Of a stretch of 64,000 nt of DNA, positions 32,428 through 50,000 are shown in pieces. The stretch is from the human T2T-CHM13v2.0 reference genome, Homo sapiens. Numbering within the stretch: the first letter of the stretch is position 1; every line of letters starts with the position of its first letter. Location: the NCBI RefSeq assembly GCF_009914755.1, contig NC_060925.1. One strand, 5' to 3'. The position numbers were made by a program, and so were the translations under genes. Under the pieces are notes generated by a model. The model did no database searches and had not been told where the DNA came from. It saw nothing but the letters and a program-made list of their open reading frames with translations.

Positions 32428-35400
32428 CTGGCAGTCCCTTTCTAAATCTGGTTCATTTGATTCATGTGTCTTTCACCTCGAATGTGTGCAGAAGGGACCC
32501 AGACTGAAAACACCAATAATGTGCAGTTCTCCAACAACAAATTTTTAAGCTAGAAATTTACAATGAATCACCTTTACAAAGAGAAGATCTATTTTCTTTG
32601 TTATATAAAACATGTATTTCTTCTTGTGTTTTCTTTAATACATATCTTGATTTAACCTCAAATTAAAAATAAAAGAATACAATGAAAGACCATATTTCTT
32701 TCAAATAGGTTTAAAGGTGGCATCAATCAGTTGGAATAATGAAAATAATGGGAAACATCTTTAAGTGTGGGATTCATGTTCACAGTGGAGCGATTATTCC
32801 AATAATTGCTCTGCTATGAGCAGACATAATAGGGGTCTCCTGTAAACCTAATTTCCTCTCGTTACTTTTCATCTTTGGTGGGAATCTTCATCAATCTCCT
32901 AAAGTTAAGAGTGTTCTGATTTGAATCTCCTTTAAATGGAAAGGGTTGACTTTTTGTGGTAGAGACAAGAGACCCGGGTTTTTTAGTTGATGGCCCACTG
33001 CATATCTCATCATGTCTCTCAGTGTACCAGGTCATGCACACTTCTGCTGTAGGTGAATGGGTCTGGTAATTATCAAAGGATTAGTCTAAGAAGGAAATTA
33101 TTTACAGAAATATAGGTGTGAGATTAGGGAAACCCACTGTGAAAGCTGTTTGGTTTCCAACTCTGTCTAACTTATTTTTTTCCCCTTACTACTGCCTGGA
33201 TCTGTGCATACATGTTGGTTTGTGGGAGGAAATGAGCCCATCCTAGCTCTAGTCTTATTAAGAACATCACTCATCTCCCTGGTATAGATGAGTTTCAACT
33301 TTTATTACTACCAATGACCAATGGCTACACCTTAAGCTTAATTTTGGATTATTTACAGTGTGAGTGAGAAAATGAAGAAATGTAACTCTCAGAACATTTA
33401 AAACTTATTTTACCCAACCCTTTCTACAAATATCTAATTATGAGTAATGAACAAAGGCAAAATAGATCAGGTTTTATCCTGCTCTGCCAATATGCAGAAA
33501 TGAATACGCAGTCAGGTAGTTGAAAACATAAAGTAGAGAAGCCAATATCTCAAATAACTAAAACACAGACTAGATTTAGGAGCTATCTAAGATTGAATAA
33601 CACAAGAATAACTAAGATTTGACTGAAGTAGGAGCCAGCCTGCAAAGACCGTATGGTGAATCCATTACACTGAACATAACAACCTCACAATAGCAAACCA
33701 CTACCCATGAGGGGTAGAGGAACTTCAGAGGAGGAAACCCACCTGGGTTGTGAAGCGTAAACTGCTTATGGATCCAGTTTTGTGTCTACAGGCAGTGTGG
33801 TAAAAACTGGGGCAGGTTCTTTCTTCTCCCTTTCTATCTGTTTTAATGATGAGGATCTCATTACAAACTATTTATTTCACCTACCCTACAGTCAGAAGCC
33901 ACGAGCATGTGATGGGTGAAGGGAAGAATCAAAATTTCCCAATAGCACTGTCATGTTTCCAAACAGTTTTGATCAGCAATAATAAATGCCTGCATTTGAG
34001 CAATTGCAAGCTATTTCTCAGGCTGTGAGGGGGAGGGATTAGAGAGACAATTAGACAAAAATCATCTGTGTTATCTTATTGAAAGCAAATGTCTGCCTTA
34101 TGTTAATGGCATTTATAGGATCTAAAGAGGTAATACTAATGGAATTATAGGGGATGTGGCCAGGAATGCCCAACAGGCACCTGTGGTAATTCAATTAGAA
34201 GAACTTTCAGGAACCATATAATTGAACGAAATTTTAGTTTCCCCCTTGTTGAGTGATTTGACAAAATTTGTACCTGTCTCTCTTAGCATGGAGAAGGAAA
34301 TAAAAGAATGCCCTTTCTTGAATTTGAGCCATGCCACTAAAGCGTTCCTCAGGTAGAATTTAACAGAGAAAACCCTGCCTTGTCCCGCACATGCCCTTAC
34401 TGCAGGCTGAGGTCTTTACAGCAGACACTGTTGGGGCATTTATAGACTCGTATGGTTCTGTGCTTATTTTTCCCATCACATGGTGAAACTGTGTTTAAAA
34501 AGGCTATTGGTGTTAGGAGGAGACCCAGCTATGATCTGTTTCAATCTTCTCATTTTATTCAAGAGGAAACAAAACTTCAGGGGAATAACTCATTTAGGAG
34601 ACGGACTTGCTCAAGGTCACTGAAATAGTTATCAAGAAAATTGACAAGTAGAATTGGAACCCAGTTCCCATTCTTTCTAATCCATGGCCCTGAACTTTTA
34701 CATAGTATTGTTGCAATGGAAATGTTGGTATTAGCCCTAAACAGACACTGACATACAAAGATGCTAATATATCTATGAGATGTTTGGCTGTATTTATTAT
34801 TGTTTGTATCATGTAGAAAGGAAACAGTGAAATTCTTCTCCCTTAATTATTCTCCATATAGGAGAGACTATGGGAGGCTTTTTGTTTTCTGTTTTTCTCA
34901 CTAACATTTTTAAAGCAACTTGTAGGAAAACAAATTTTCTATTCCTCCCAACACCTTAAAAATCTTTTTACATGACAGAATCTTAGTCCTGGTTCCTTCT
35001 ATGAATAGGATATTTCACTTTGCCATTGTTTGTTATCCACCATCCAAGGAGGATAGATAATGGAGTTCTTTCTGCCAAGCAAATGTTTCTGAGAACCTGG
35101 GTCCAGACGAGGACACTGTGCTCTATCTTGGACTCTGCCTGAAAAGGACATCCATGTTTTAAATGGACAGAATCACAAAGATGAGAAATGTTCATTTGCC
35201 TGGTATCAGGAATGGGAATGAGATGCATTCTTAATTTGCAGGCAAAACCTTGTGTCTAACCATTTAGTGTATCAAATCTCCTTCTATCCCCTTTTGATTT
35301 TAATAAGCCTTCATTTTTTCCCTCTCCTGAACAGCTTCCCATGACTAAGAAGATTTAACTCTCTTTCCGTACATTTATGGGTGTCTCATACACATTTGCA

Positions 35401-36869
35401 TATGGATAGAAAATGTAGGACTCTTAAGTGGCGAGGCTGTGTGTGTGTATGTGTGTGTGTGTGTGCACATGAGTGTGAAGCATACTCATCAGGACCTGCA
35501 TGGCCCAGTAGTCTCTGGTCCCCTTAAGACGCTCTGTACTTTCTCCAGTGGTATTCTACTAGTTGGAACATTTTTGGATTTTCTTGTTAAGACATCACCT
35601 TCCGGGCCTCATAACAAAATAACTTCTACCCATTCATTAATTTTCTCATTGTTTCACCAAATACCTCTCGATCATCTATTGTATGGCCAGGAAGATGGCA
35701 GAACCTGTGGGTATAAAATTTAAAAAAATGATATGCTCACCACTCTTAGAAAGCTCACAGCCCAGAGTTTTTTCTAAACAAAGCCCACTTTTCTTCACTG
35801 TCCTGTTTCTTATTCATTGTATTTGGTTCTAAATGACATTTTATCTAAATATAAATTATTCTCTCAAAGGACAAATATTTGCCACCATTAATTGTATTTA
35901 CAGGAATGTGCTTCAAGTTTTGGAGGCACTTCCAAAAATATTATTGGGCCATTGCCATATCCCTGTAATAAAACAGTGTACCTAAGGGACTTTTGTGATA
36001 AGCAAACTTCTCCTTTTGGATGTTTCAGTTCTAGCATATTTTGCAAAGACTGTTACTATTTTATAGCCTAATCTTATGCTCACATACTCAGGAGCAGCCC
36101 AAGGCAGACACGCTAAGGACAAAGCACGAGTCCAGCGCCCTGCCTTTCCTTTCAGCATTTTTCTCCCTCTTCTGTGACCGCTCTCAACCTCAAATCACCA
36201 AGTCCTCCTATGCCGTTTCTTACTTCAACTGAGTTTGAATCTTCAACTGTCACTCACTGATTTTATGGCTTTAGGCAAGTTATTTAACCCCTCTGGCTCA
36301 AGCAAAGTCAAACCAACACCAACGCTGGCAAGTGGGGGGGGAATCAATCCCTGAAAAGCAGCTGACAGACAGCCAAGCCAATCTTGGGATGTCAAGGGGC
36401 AAAGCAGACATCATTGAGCAGCCGGAGAACAAAACACACCAAAAGCCAAGTGGAGAAAAACGTGTGGGGCCCAAGTCATGGATGAATGGCAAAAATGCCC
36501 TGTAGGTAGCATTGTTGATAACAGATAGGCCAAGAGCAAAAAAACCTGGCACATGGCATTTTGCTGATTTGTTGCTTCTTTTAAAAGGGTTTGGTGTACT
36601 CCCCTCTCTGGGCTGTTGCCTCAAAGCATTTGTAAAGAATAATGATACCTTCCTCCCTGGGTTATTTTAAGATTTTGATGACACGCTGAATATGAAAGTG
36701 CTTTGAAAACTGTAAAGTGCTCTACAAATGCTAATTTCTCTATTTACCCCTTTTCAAAACTGCTCAAAGCTGGCAATTTATAGTAGGATAAGAGAAACAA
36801 ATTCATGGTCAGGACAATGACTGATAATGTTGAATGAAATGTGCATTTTAACGGATTGCATTTTCCTAA

Positions 36870-37440
<571 letters not shown>

Positions 37441-37586
37441 CAGTAGGGAAACTGAATCAGAGGTTAAGTAACTTGCTCAAAGTCATTTAGAGACTAAATA
37501 GCAGAAGGATTCAAACCCAGGCAATCTGGCTCAGAGAACTCACTCTTAACGTCTGTGCTGAAAAGAAGAAAAAAATCCTTCCATCC

Positions 37587-38378
37587 TGCTATGAACTGAA
37601 TTGCTCCCCCACCCCAGTCCCCCCAGTTCATATGTTGGATCCCCACATCTCAAACGTGACTGTGTCTAGAGATAGAGTCTTTAGGAGGTAATTAAGGTTG
37701 AATGAGGTGAGAAGGTTGGGCCCCGTATTAGTCCATTCTCACATTGACATAAAGAAATACCTGAGACTGGGTAATTTATAAAGAAAAGAAGTTTAAAAAA
37801 AATTGGCTCACAGTTTTGCAGGCTGGATAGGAAGCACAGCGGCTTCTGCTTCTGGGGAGGCCTTAGGAAGCTTCCAATCATGGAAGGCAAAGGGGGAGCA
37901 AGGTGTCTCACATGGCAGGAGCAGGAGCCAGAGAGAGCAAAGTAGGAGGTGCTACACACTTTTAAACAACCAAATCTTGCAAGAACTCACTCACTATCAT
38001 GAGAACAGCACCAAAGGGAGTTAAACCATTGATGAAGGAGCCGCCTGTATGATCCAATCACCTCCCAACCAGGCCCCACCTCCAAGATTGAGGATTACAG
38101 TTAAACATGAGATATGGGTGGGGCACAGACCCAAATCATATCAGATCCTAATCTGATAGGGTGTGACTTTATAAAAAAAGAGAGAGAGAAGCCATGTGAG
38201 GACATAGTGAGATGGTGGCTGTCTGCAAGCCAGGAAGGGAGACTTTGCCAGGAAACAAACTGTGGTAGGCCTTGATCTTGAACTTTCCAGCCTCTACAAC
38301 TGTGAGAAAATAAATTTCAGTTGTTTAAACCACCCAGACTTTGGTATTGTGTTATGGCACCCAAGCCGACCAAGATGC
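37587..38378 (+). mobile_element. MLT1A-like MaLR solo LTR, split by a nested MST LTR
   Basis: tgctatgaactgaattg...ttcatatgttg...ggtaattaaggttgaatgagg | ctaatctgatagg...gccatgtgaggaca...ttgaactttccagcctc...aaaataaatttc. Confidence 0.8.
37724..38143 (-). mobile_element. MSTA/MSTB MaLR solo LTR nested in MLT1
   Basis: (t/c)gtattagtccattctcac...aaagaaatacctgagactgggtaatttataaagaaaag...ccaaatcatatca. Confidence 0.88.
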
Positions 38379-40479
38379 ATACCCACCAAAAAGGAAGAAA
38401 GATCATATGCAAAAGGGCCAGAGAAAGGAGAGACCATGGAATTTACCTGAAGCCTTGAATGAATTGGATGGGGAATAAGGTGTGTTGGATGAAGAGCAGG
38501 TGATCGGGTATGAGGATGTGACAAGAATGAAAGTTAGAGAGAGTGAAGGTAGGTCCTAAAGGCCTTGAAATCAAGAGAAAGGTGTTTCCACTTTTTAAAA
38601 TATGAGTGATGAGGAGCAACTCAAGGATTTTAAGCAGATCAAATTTGCATTTTAGAACAATAACTATTAGAGAGAAAAAGATGGATATGAATATGGTGAT
38701 TTGCTGAGGGGGGAGTGCGACAGTGGTAAATTGATAAGCTAGGAAGCTGTTGCATGATCCCAGGTTCAAAGCAAAGAAAATGTGAACTAAGGTCATAAAA
38801 GTTTGAGTCTAAAATATGAATATAAGATGCATTGGGATTAAAAAGCCTATGGAAAATGTATGTAGAAATGTTCACATATATATTACATCTAAACAGACAA
38901 AGGTATAGATTTGTATGAGTATGGATGGAGAAAGTTGCATGTCTTTAGACATGTATTAAGCTGTTAACATTTCTTCTTCAAAGAAGCAGAACTGGAGAGG
39001 AAAGGAAGAAATAATTACTGTTCCCTTATGCCCTTGTATTGTTTCACTTATTGCAATGAGCATGTGGTGCCTATTTAATTTTTCAGCAAATTCAACGATG
39101 ATTGTATATGCACACACACACCCAGTTCTGGAGGTCAGATGTGAGACCTTGGCTTGAGATGTAAAATTGGGCGACAGTGCTGTATGGGTACTAATGAATC
39201 ATGTGGGAGTTCAGAACCCTTAGGAAGTCCTCCAAATATGGCAGGCTGGGGTCCACCTTTTTTAAAAAATGGGCAAAGGAAAACAGATGAGCATAGAAGA
39301 ACTAGCCAGAGAAGAGATGTCAGAAAAGAGTCCATTATCCTGAGGAAGCTGTTTCTTCATCCCTCATTGTATTCCCAGTTCTTGACATGTAATAAATGCT
39401 CACTCAGTCATTCCACAGTTCTTGGATGAAAGAATGCATTTCAGGAAGAGCAGTGACTCCAATGTTACATGCTGCTAGAAAAGTCAGGTTAGCTCTGCAA
39501 ACACCTTTTGAATTTGGCAATTAGGAGGTTTCTGAGAGTCAAAAGAGAGAAGAGCCACTTTTACTTTTTACACCTGTCTCAGTCATTTCTCATATCTGAT
39601 GTCTCCCTTCCTAACCCTGAAAAGAAATTATACTCACAGATACATGAACACACACACCATACACATAAGCTTCATGTAGACACTGCATTCTATTTTTGTT
39701 CCTGAGGTAATATTTTAGGTAAGGAAAAAAAGCCACCCTTCAAGATTTTCATTCATTGCAAGATGGGAGTAGGAGTCAGGGGAAGCATATGTAAAGATCT
39801 TTGACCTATTTTAAGATATTTCACCTTATTGCCCCCAAATGGTTGCAGTCTTAAACCTTTAAACTTGGCAGCATGATAATTGTCTTAGAGAGAGGAATTG
39901 TAGGCCAAATTTGAGGAAAATCAATGACCTATTTTCAGTAGGGTGGTGGTTTTGGTTTCCAACTTTGGCCGCATACACTAGAGCACTTTTGTTTGACTTT
40001 TTAAGGACAACTTTGCCCCACATGAGTCCAGCAGAGAGGATGATTATCTGATAACATTTGGTCATCAGTTCCTTCTGAGGCCCAAGTCACAGAGATGAAA
40101 GGAGAATGGAGAGGCCACCAACCCTTCCCCAAATGTCCCAGGCAGACTGGAATTGAGAACTATTTTAAGGATTCATTCCCATATTTAGTAACTCACAGCA
40201 TCTGATCTAGATTTCCTTTGTATTCAAGAGGAGTCCGTCAGGCTACAGCTGAAGTCCTTTCTTTTCCTTTCTTTAGTGAAGATTCAGAAAAGGCAGACAG
40301 CATTTTCAGGGTGAAAAGAACTTCTCAGCATTCTAATTTTAAAATTTTATTTAGGTTGAGAAATTTGAGATTCAAGCACGTCCCAAGATTGTTTTGTTGA
40401 TGTACAAAAGCAGGACAGGAAAAAAGTAGAAGACTTTTTAAAAAATGCACTCAGTTATAGAATATAGCCAAACTCCTTT

Positions 40480-41560
<1,081 letters not shown>

Positions 41561-41606
41561 TAAAAATAATATTTATAGTGCTTCATTATTTATAAAACAG
41601 GTATTG

Positions 41607-41895
41607 TAAGTGAAGTAACTCAGGAATGGAAAACCAAATACCGTATGTTCTCACTTATAAGTGAGAGCTAAGCTATAAGGATGCAAAAGAATGATACAAT
41701 GGACTTTGGGGACTCAGGGGCAAGGGTGGGAGTTGGTGAGGGATAAAAGACTACACATTGGGTACAGTGTATGCTGCTCAAGTGATGGGTGCACCAAAAT
41801 CTCAGAAATCACCAATGAAGAACTTATCCATATACCCAAACACCACCTGTTTCCCCCAAAACTATTGAAATAAAAAAAAGAAAAAATAAATAAAC
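41607..41895 (+). mobile_element. 5'-truncated L1PB-like 3' end with 13-bp TSD
   Basis: aagtgaagtaactcaggaatggaaaaccaaa...gggtgcaccaaaatctcagaaatcacc...aactattgaaataaaa; TSD aaaacaggtattg at 41594-41606 and 41896-41908. Confidence 0.9.
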
Positions 41896-42376
41896 AAAAC
41901 AGGTATTGAATAGAACTGGACATCTAAGAGTTTCAGAGGTCTAAACTGATGATGGCACAGCTATGCCTTTAGTTTAATTTCTTCTAACATGTTTCTCTTT
42001 TAATTGGCTTGGACAGGACGCTTCAGGCAATTTTGGCTTCATCTATTGTGTCATAAAGGACTATTTCTTTAATAAGAGAGAAGGTACACTATTTCTTCAG
42101 TTTTCTCTTGAGGCCCAAAAATGAGTCCTTGCCTGTCATTGGAAGTCAAAGATTTTGCCTTGTACTTTTTGTCAGCCTTCATAGTAACAAACACTTTGCT
42201 TAGATATAGTTAGTTAACACTGAAAATTTTTTGCTTGAAGAATTAAAATTTGTTGGATATTTAGCTGGGTGAAGTTTGCCTGTCTCAAAGCCTATGTCAT
42301 GAATGGAGCTCCCTGTGGTTGAATCTGGACTGAGGATCTGGATTCATACACCTTGATCTCATCAAGACCCACTGGG

Positions 42377-44184
<1,808 letters not shown>

Positions 44185-44349
44185 GAAAACATTTAGGACA
44201 AACAAAAAGTAATCCTAAAGAAAACAATATGAAATAAAGGAATGAAAATAAAAATTTAAAAAAAAAGACCCACTGGGATAAGGCAAGATTCATGCTGTCA
44301 TCTGAATGCACTGGTATGAAGTGGGGACCAATAAACCATAACCAATTCA

Positions 44350-45250
44350 CTTTTTATTGATTTAAGGAACATTTTTGAGTGCCGCTTATGTGTTATTTAA
44401 TATAAAAGATGCTAGGGATAAAACGGACCAAAAGAAATAATATGCAGCCTTTTTGGAACTTACTGACTAGCAGGGGAAACAGAGTTTGACCAAACAATGA
44501 TCCAAACAAATATGTACAATCATAATTGAAACGTGCTATGAGTAAAAGAGAGGTGATGTTTCAAGAGGCTATAATCAGGAATTTGACCCTGACAGAGAGA
44601 TTCAAGGAAGGCGTCCTTAAAGCCCTGATGCTGGAACTCAGAATTGTGGGCTAAGAGATAAGGGGACAGACCCCGCATAGGAGTGCCAATATCAGGAGCA
44701 AGTGCCCTGTGGTTGAAGGCACCAGATCCCTAGCTTTTTAAACCAGAACATTTGGGGATACAGACATTGGTGTGTTTTATGGCTTTCCAGATAATTCCAA
44801 GATGCATCCTACGTTATAAGAACCACAAGAATAGATGTATTATTTTGCCCTTCACTGTGATAGAAACCACTCGAGATTATGAAGCTGGTTGGGTATATTG
44901 AATTTGAGGCCATTTTGAGACACCTAGTTGAAGTAGTCAGTTAGGTAGAACACAAATCATGTGAGTTCAGGAGAGGGCCTAGGGTGGAGGTGTGAATCTC
45001 ATATGCTCTGTGGCTAACTGCCTTGTGAAGCCATGGATGGAGGTGAGGTCACCAGGGGGTAAAGTATACAGCAAGAGAGAGAAAAGGCCTAGAGCTGAGC
45101 TTTGAGAAACTCCAATTGAATGACTTGATGTAGAAGGATGAGTTTATAAGGAGTGGCCACAGAACAAGCAGAAAAAAAAAGAGAGTGGGGCCAAGAAAGC
45201 TAAGAAAATATGTTTAAGAAAGAGGCAATGATCAATGGTGTCAAATGGGC
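44350..45250 (+). mobile_element. L2 fragments
   Basis: ttttgagacacctagttgaag...gagttcaggagagggcc...gaggtcaccaggg...caatggtgtcaaatg. Confidence 0.55.
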
Positions 45251-45774
45251 TTATGCAAGTGGGCTGGTAACACCAATGCCCGGCTCTCTCTCTAATAAAG
45301 AAGGTTAAAAATTTCTGATTACTTTTAATTGAACCCCTGAACTACCATCTGAAACTCTTTCTCTTTTCTTGTCTCATTACAAAGGTAATGAATGTAAAAT
45401 ATAGGAAATTTAGGAAAAACAGATTAGCCAAAGTGAAGCAAATTTTAACTACCCATAAACCTACCAACCAGTGATAATTACAAATGATGTTTTTGTGTGT
45501 GTATATAGAGTCTTTTTCTAAGCAGATATACATTATGTTTAATGGAATAAAAACTTGCATTCTATTTTATAACCTGAATTTTTCACTTAATACATCCTAA
45601 ATAATTTTTCATACCACTAAGTATTCTTGTATGGCATACTTTTAAATGATTGTATTATACTGTATCATATGTATATGTCATAACTTGCTCAAGCAATCTA
45701 TTATTTGATATTTAGGTTACTTTGGATTTTCCACTATTGTAAATATCATATTATATAATATAAAATGTGTTTAG

Positions 45775-46128
<354 letters not shown>

Positions 46129-46516
46129 TCCATTTTTCTTCAACAGAATTTCAGTTGAGGAATAAGACGCAAGTAAAGATCAGCTTCATTCCTGAGAAGA
46201 ATGAGTACAGATCCTAGGATAACCTTGATCTGGAACCAAATCAGGCCAGACAACACAAGCCTTCCCATTGCTACTTCCCTAAATCTGTGGATTTAGCAGG
46301 CTGACCACACAGGCAGGGCCTGCTATGCTAAGTTTATTGGGTAACAGAAAACAGGCAGAATGCCCATCCACTGCAGGCTGTCTAGCTGGAAAAGAGAAAG
46401 AAGTCTAGAACTAACAGGTCAGTGTGAGCTCTGTGCTTCTCTCAAACTCACAATACCAATAGTTCTTGGTGAGGAGAGAGACCAGGAGTATATTTCATGG
46501 TGAAGTCTTCTCCTAT

Positions 46517-47080
46517 GTGACAGCTAGGCTTCAAGATGGCCTTCAATACTCGTTAGTTCCTGGTATTCGCACCCTTGCATAGGCCCCTCCCATAGCGTAT
46601 CAGTGCTGGTCTATGTGACCAAAAGATACAGCAGAAATGATGATGTGTGATTTTCAAGGCTAGGTCATGAAAGTCATAACAGCTTCTGCATTGCTATCTC
46701 TTGGCTCACTCTCTCTGGGGAGGCCAGATTCTGTGAGACGTGAGATGTTGTGAGAATACTTAAGCTGCCCTGTGGAGCGGGCCACATGAAGAGAAATGGA
46801 GACCTCCTACCGACAGCCAGCATCAACCCACCAGCCTTGACAATGAACCACCCTAGACCTGAATCCTCTTTCCCCAGTCAAACTTCAGATGACTGAAGCC
46901 TTGGCAGGCATTATGGCTACAACCTCATAAGAGACCCAGAGTTAGAGCCACCCAAATTTCTGACCCACAGAGATTAGGTGAGATAGTAAATATTTATTAT
47001 CATTTCCAATCACTAAATTTTGTTATAAGGTAAGAAAATAATTTGTTACACATTTGTTACATAGTAATAGATTGTTAGTA
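46517..47080 (+). mobile_element. MLT1 (E/F-like) MaLR solo LTR
   Basis: tgtgacag...caagatggcc...gtgtgattttcaaggctaggtcat...ccccagtcaaacttcagatgactg...tctgacccacaga...ttgttacatagtaataga. Confidence 0.78.
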
Positions 47081-50000
47081 TATTCTTTAGAAACAAAAGG
47101 CCAGGTAAATGGTGCTTTCCCTCTCCCAACTAACATCCTTGTAGCTGAATCTTTGTGTACATCTTCAAAATAATTGTCCAGATGTAGACTTGCTAGGTGA
47201 AAGGAGATGCAGAACTCTGATGTTTTATAGCTAAATCTTACGTGTATTATTTTAGATATCACAGCATTGGCCTTAAAGCACGTGGTCATGTCACCACTAC
47301 TCTTGCCCCACTCACACACATGCCTGAAGAACTGTGTGGAGACAGTGGGACAAGAAGAGGGATAAGGACAGCCAGTGATAGGAGTCCCCAGATGTTAGTA
47401 GGAAGCATGAAAGGCACTAGGACATGTGCTGACTTATGGATACTCAACGTGGCTACGTTGGCAAATGAGGCTTCAGAGAGTGACAGAAGTATTTTGTGGG
47501 TGAGATGGAAACACACTGATAGATGGAAAGTTAGTCCATCTATCTAAGACATCCACATCTAAGACATATGTGGATAGAAGAGATTAGGGGCAAGAGTGAA
47601 AGAAACATACAGCCCCAGAGCAATAGATAATACATATGGTGTTAGAGTTAGAGGAAAACATAACAACCACAGGAGAGGGAGATTTCAGCTAATGATTCCA
47701 CACATAGCAAGCTGCTTCTGTTTATGGGCAGGAAGCTATAAAGCTGCAACACTAGCACATCAGGCCTTTCAAAGGCCTATTTTTAGAATGCTCCTGATAA
47801 TGCCTCAGGAGTTGCTAGATCTGAATTAAAAACTCCAGGTCTCTACCTCCCCTCCTTTTCTAAGTAAAGGGTTATTGATTTACTAATGGCCTTTGTATCC
47901 TGCTGCAAATAAATCCTATAGAAGAAGAAAGATGTTACCTAGAGCCTGAGTGGCTAACAGCTTGGAAAAACCAAGCTCACAGGTAGACAGATAGAAGGCA
48001 AACTTTGAGAAAACTTTGAACCTGAGGCAAAGGGAGGAATCATGCAGGGTGGGAAGGAGGCATTTAAGGGGGAAGAGTAGGGTTGCTGAAAACAAGTGTT
48101 GTCATAGGATGCAGCCATGTAAGGGCGGGCATGTGGAAGTCCTGTGTGGATAACAGAGTCCTGCAGGCATTTGTTGGAACCAGAGATTTGTCAGAGGAGT
48201 GGGGTGCAACCAAGGGTCTCTGGGCTGAGTGGCAAATACATGCCTCGAATCTGGTCCCAGCTGTACCATTAGTCGCATATGTAAGTCTAAACCTCAGAAT
48301 CTGGATTCTGCATCTTTCTCTATGAAACAAAGGGCCTTTGTGATGAGTCTAGAATTCCAGATGTCAGTTGCCGACATGGTGGCCGTTTTCCTGGAATATT
48401 TCTCTGGCTACATTGGTTACAGTTTCTCTCTGGTTGCTTCCCTTTCCCTGCTCCCTCAAAAAAGGCTGGTTCCTGGGGCTGAGAGTTAGAATAGGCCCTG
48501 GAGGTGGAAGGAGGTGAAGTGAGGAAAGTGAACCAAGAAGCTAAATCTAGACAGGAGGCAGGAAAAGCAAAATAAAGACAGAAAGACAGAAACCAGGAAA
48601 GAGAAAAGTCAGGCCAGAGTGGCCAGCAGTGCCAAACGCCGCAGACAAGTTAGGGTAATGGGGGAGAAGTGGATTGAGGGGTGTAGAACCTGGTGGTTAC
48701 AACCTGCACTCTGGACCCAGACAACCCACTCTGGCCATGAAATGCTGCTTTAGAAATTAATCTCTTTAGCTCCTAATTTCCTCATCCATAAAAAGAATCT
48801 AACAGTAGAACACAAAGCTTTTTATTGTCCTGTGGATCAAATGAGACAATGTATGAAAAGCAGTAAGAGCAATGTCTGACACCCAGTCATCGCTCAGTAA
48901 GTACTAGCCACAGGTACTAAGATGCCTCCCAGGCTTGGAGACTGGAAAGTTGCCGCAGGTTTTGCAGAAGTCAAGCTTAAAGATGTTTGTGGAAAGACAG
49001 GCAGGCACTGTATGTAAGTAGGTTAAAGAACAGTGTTGAGAGGCAAATTTGGGAAGGATAGTTTTGTGTTTGAAACAAATATCCAACAAATGAGAATAAG
49101 TAGATAAGTACTGTCTTTTAAAAAAGTGTACTTAACCATTTCCCCACTCTCCTTATCCCCTGGTGTGGTGACGGCTGTAACCCACTAACTGCTGGTAACT
49201 GCCCTTCAGAGAAATGCATCCCAGGTGCTGAATCTGTAGAGAGTGTGCATTATTCTCTGGCCCCTTCTCCACTACATTCTACATTTGCATCATAGCCACA
49301 GATTTTTTTTTTCTTCATCTTCTTCTTTTTTCAGCTGTTGTCCTTTAACTGTTATTTCCTTAATGAACAGGTAAGATTTGATTTTAACACAGTTATCACA
49401 GTAAGTGCTGAAAAGGAAGGTGTCTAGGAGTGACACTGACGTGTTTGGGTCCCAGCCTCAATAAGAATCCTTTGAAGGCACAAATAACACAATTGGAGTT
49501 TATCAAAACGCATTACATATTTGAACCCTGGCAAGCCACCTCAGGGTACTGTACTCCAGGGGTGTGTTGATGGTACCCAGAAATGTACGTGATCAGGCAA
49601 ATGTACTTTTCTTCTTTTGTTTGCCTCTTGGGTCGTCTCTTGCCTTTATTCCCTGCACCTTTACAACTGTGCTGCATCACCAAGAGTGAGGCTTGTCATT
49701 CTGGAGTTTAAGAGGTAAAACACAGAAGTGGCAGGGCCCTGTGTGTGACCGCATGGGTTGTGTTCCGCTCAACAACACAGGGTGCCATTCACTTAGGCTA
49801 CAGTGTGAATGGTGCCTCTTGGTGTTGTGCAAGGACAATCTGCATCACAGTATGTGGTGGCCCTGTAGGGGAAGCAAGGGGTTCTAAGTTAGGATATTTA
49901 AAAAAAAAAAAGAAAAAGAAAAAAAGATCTGAAACCATCTTTAATTGAAACTTCAGGGATCGACAAGCACAGAAAGCATATGGGTAATTTCTCCCTAGGC

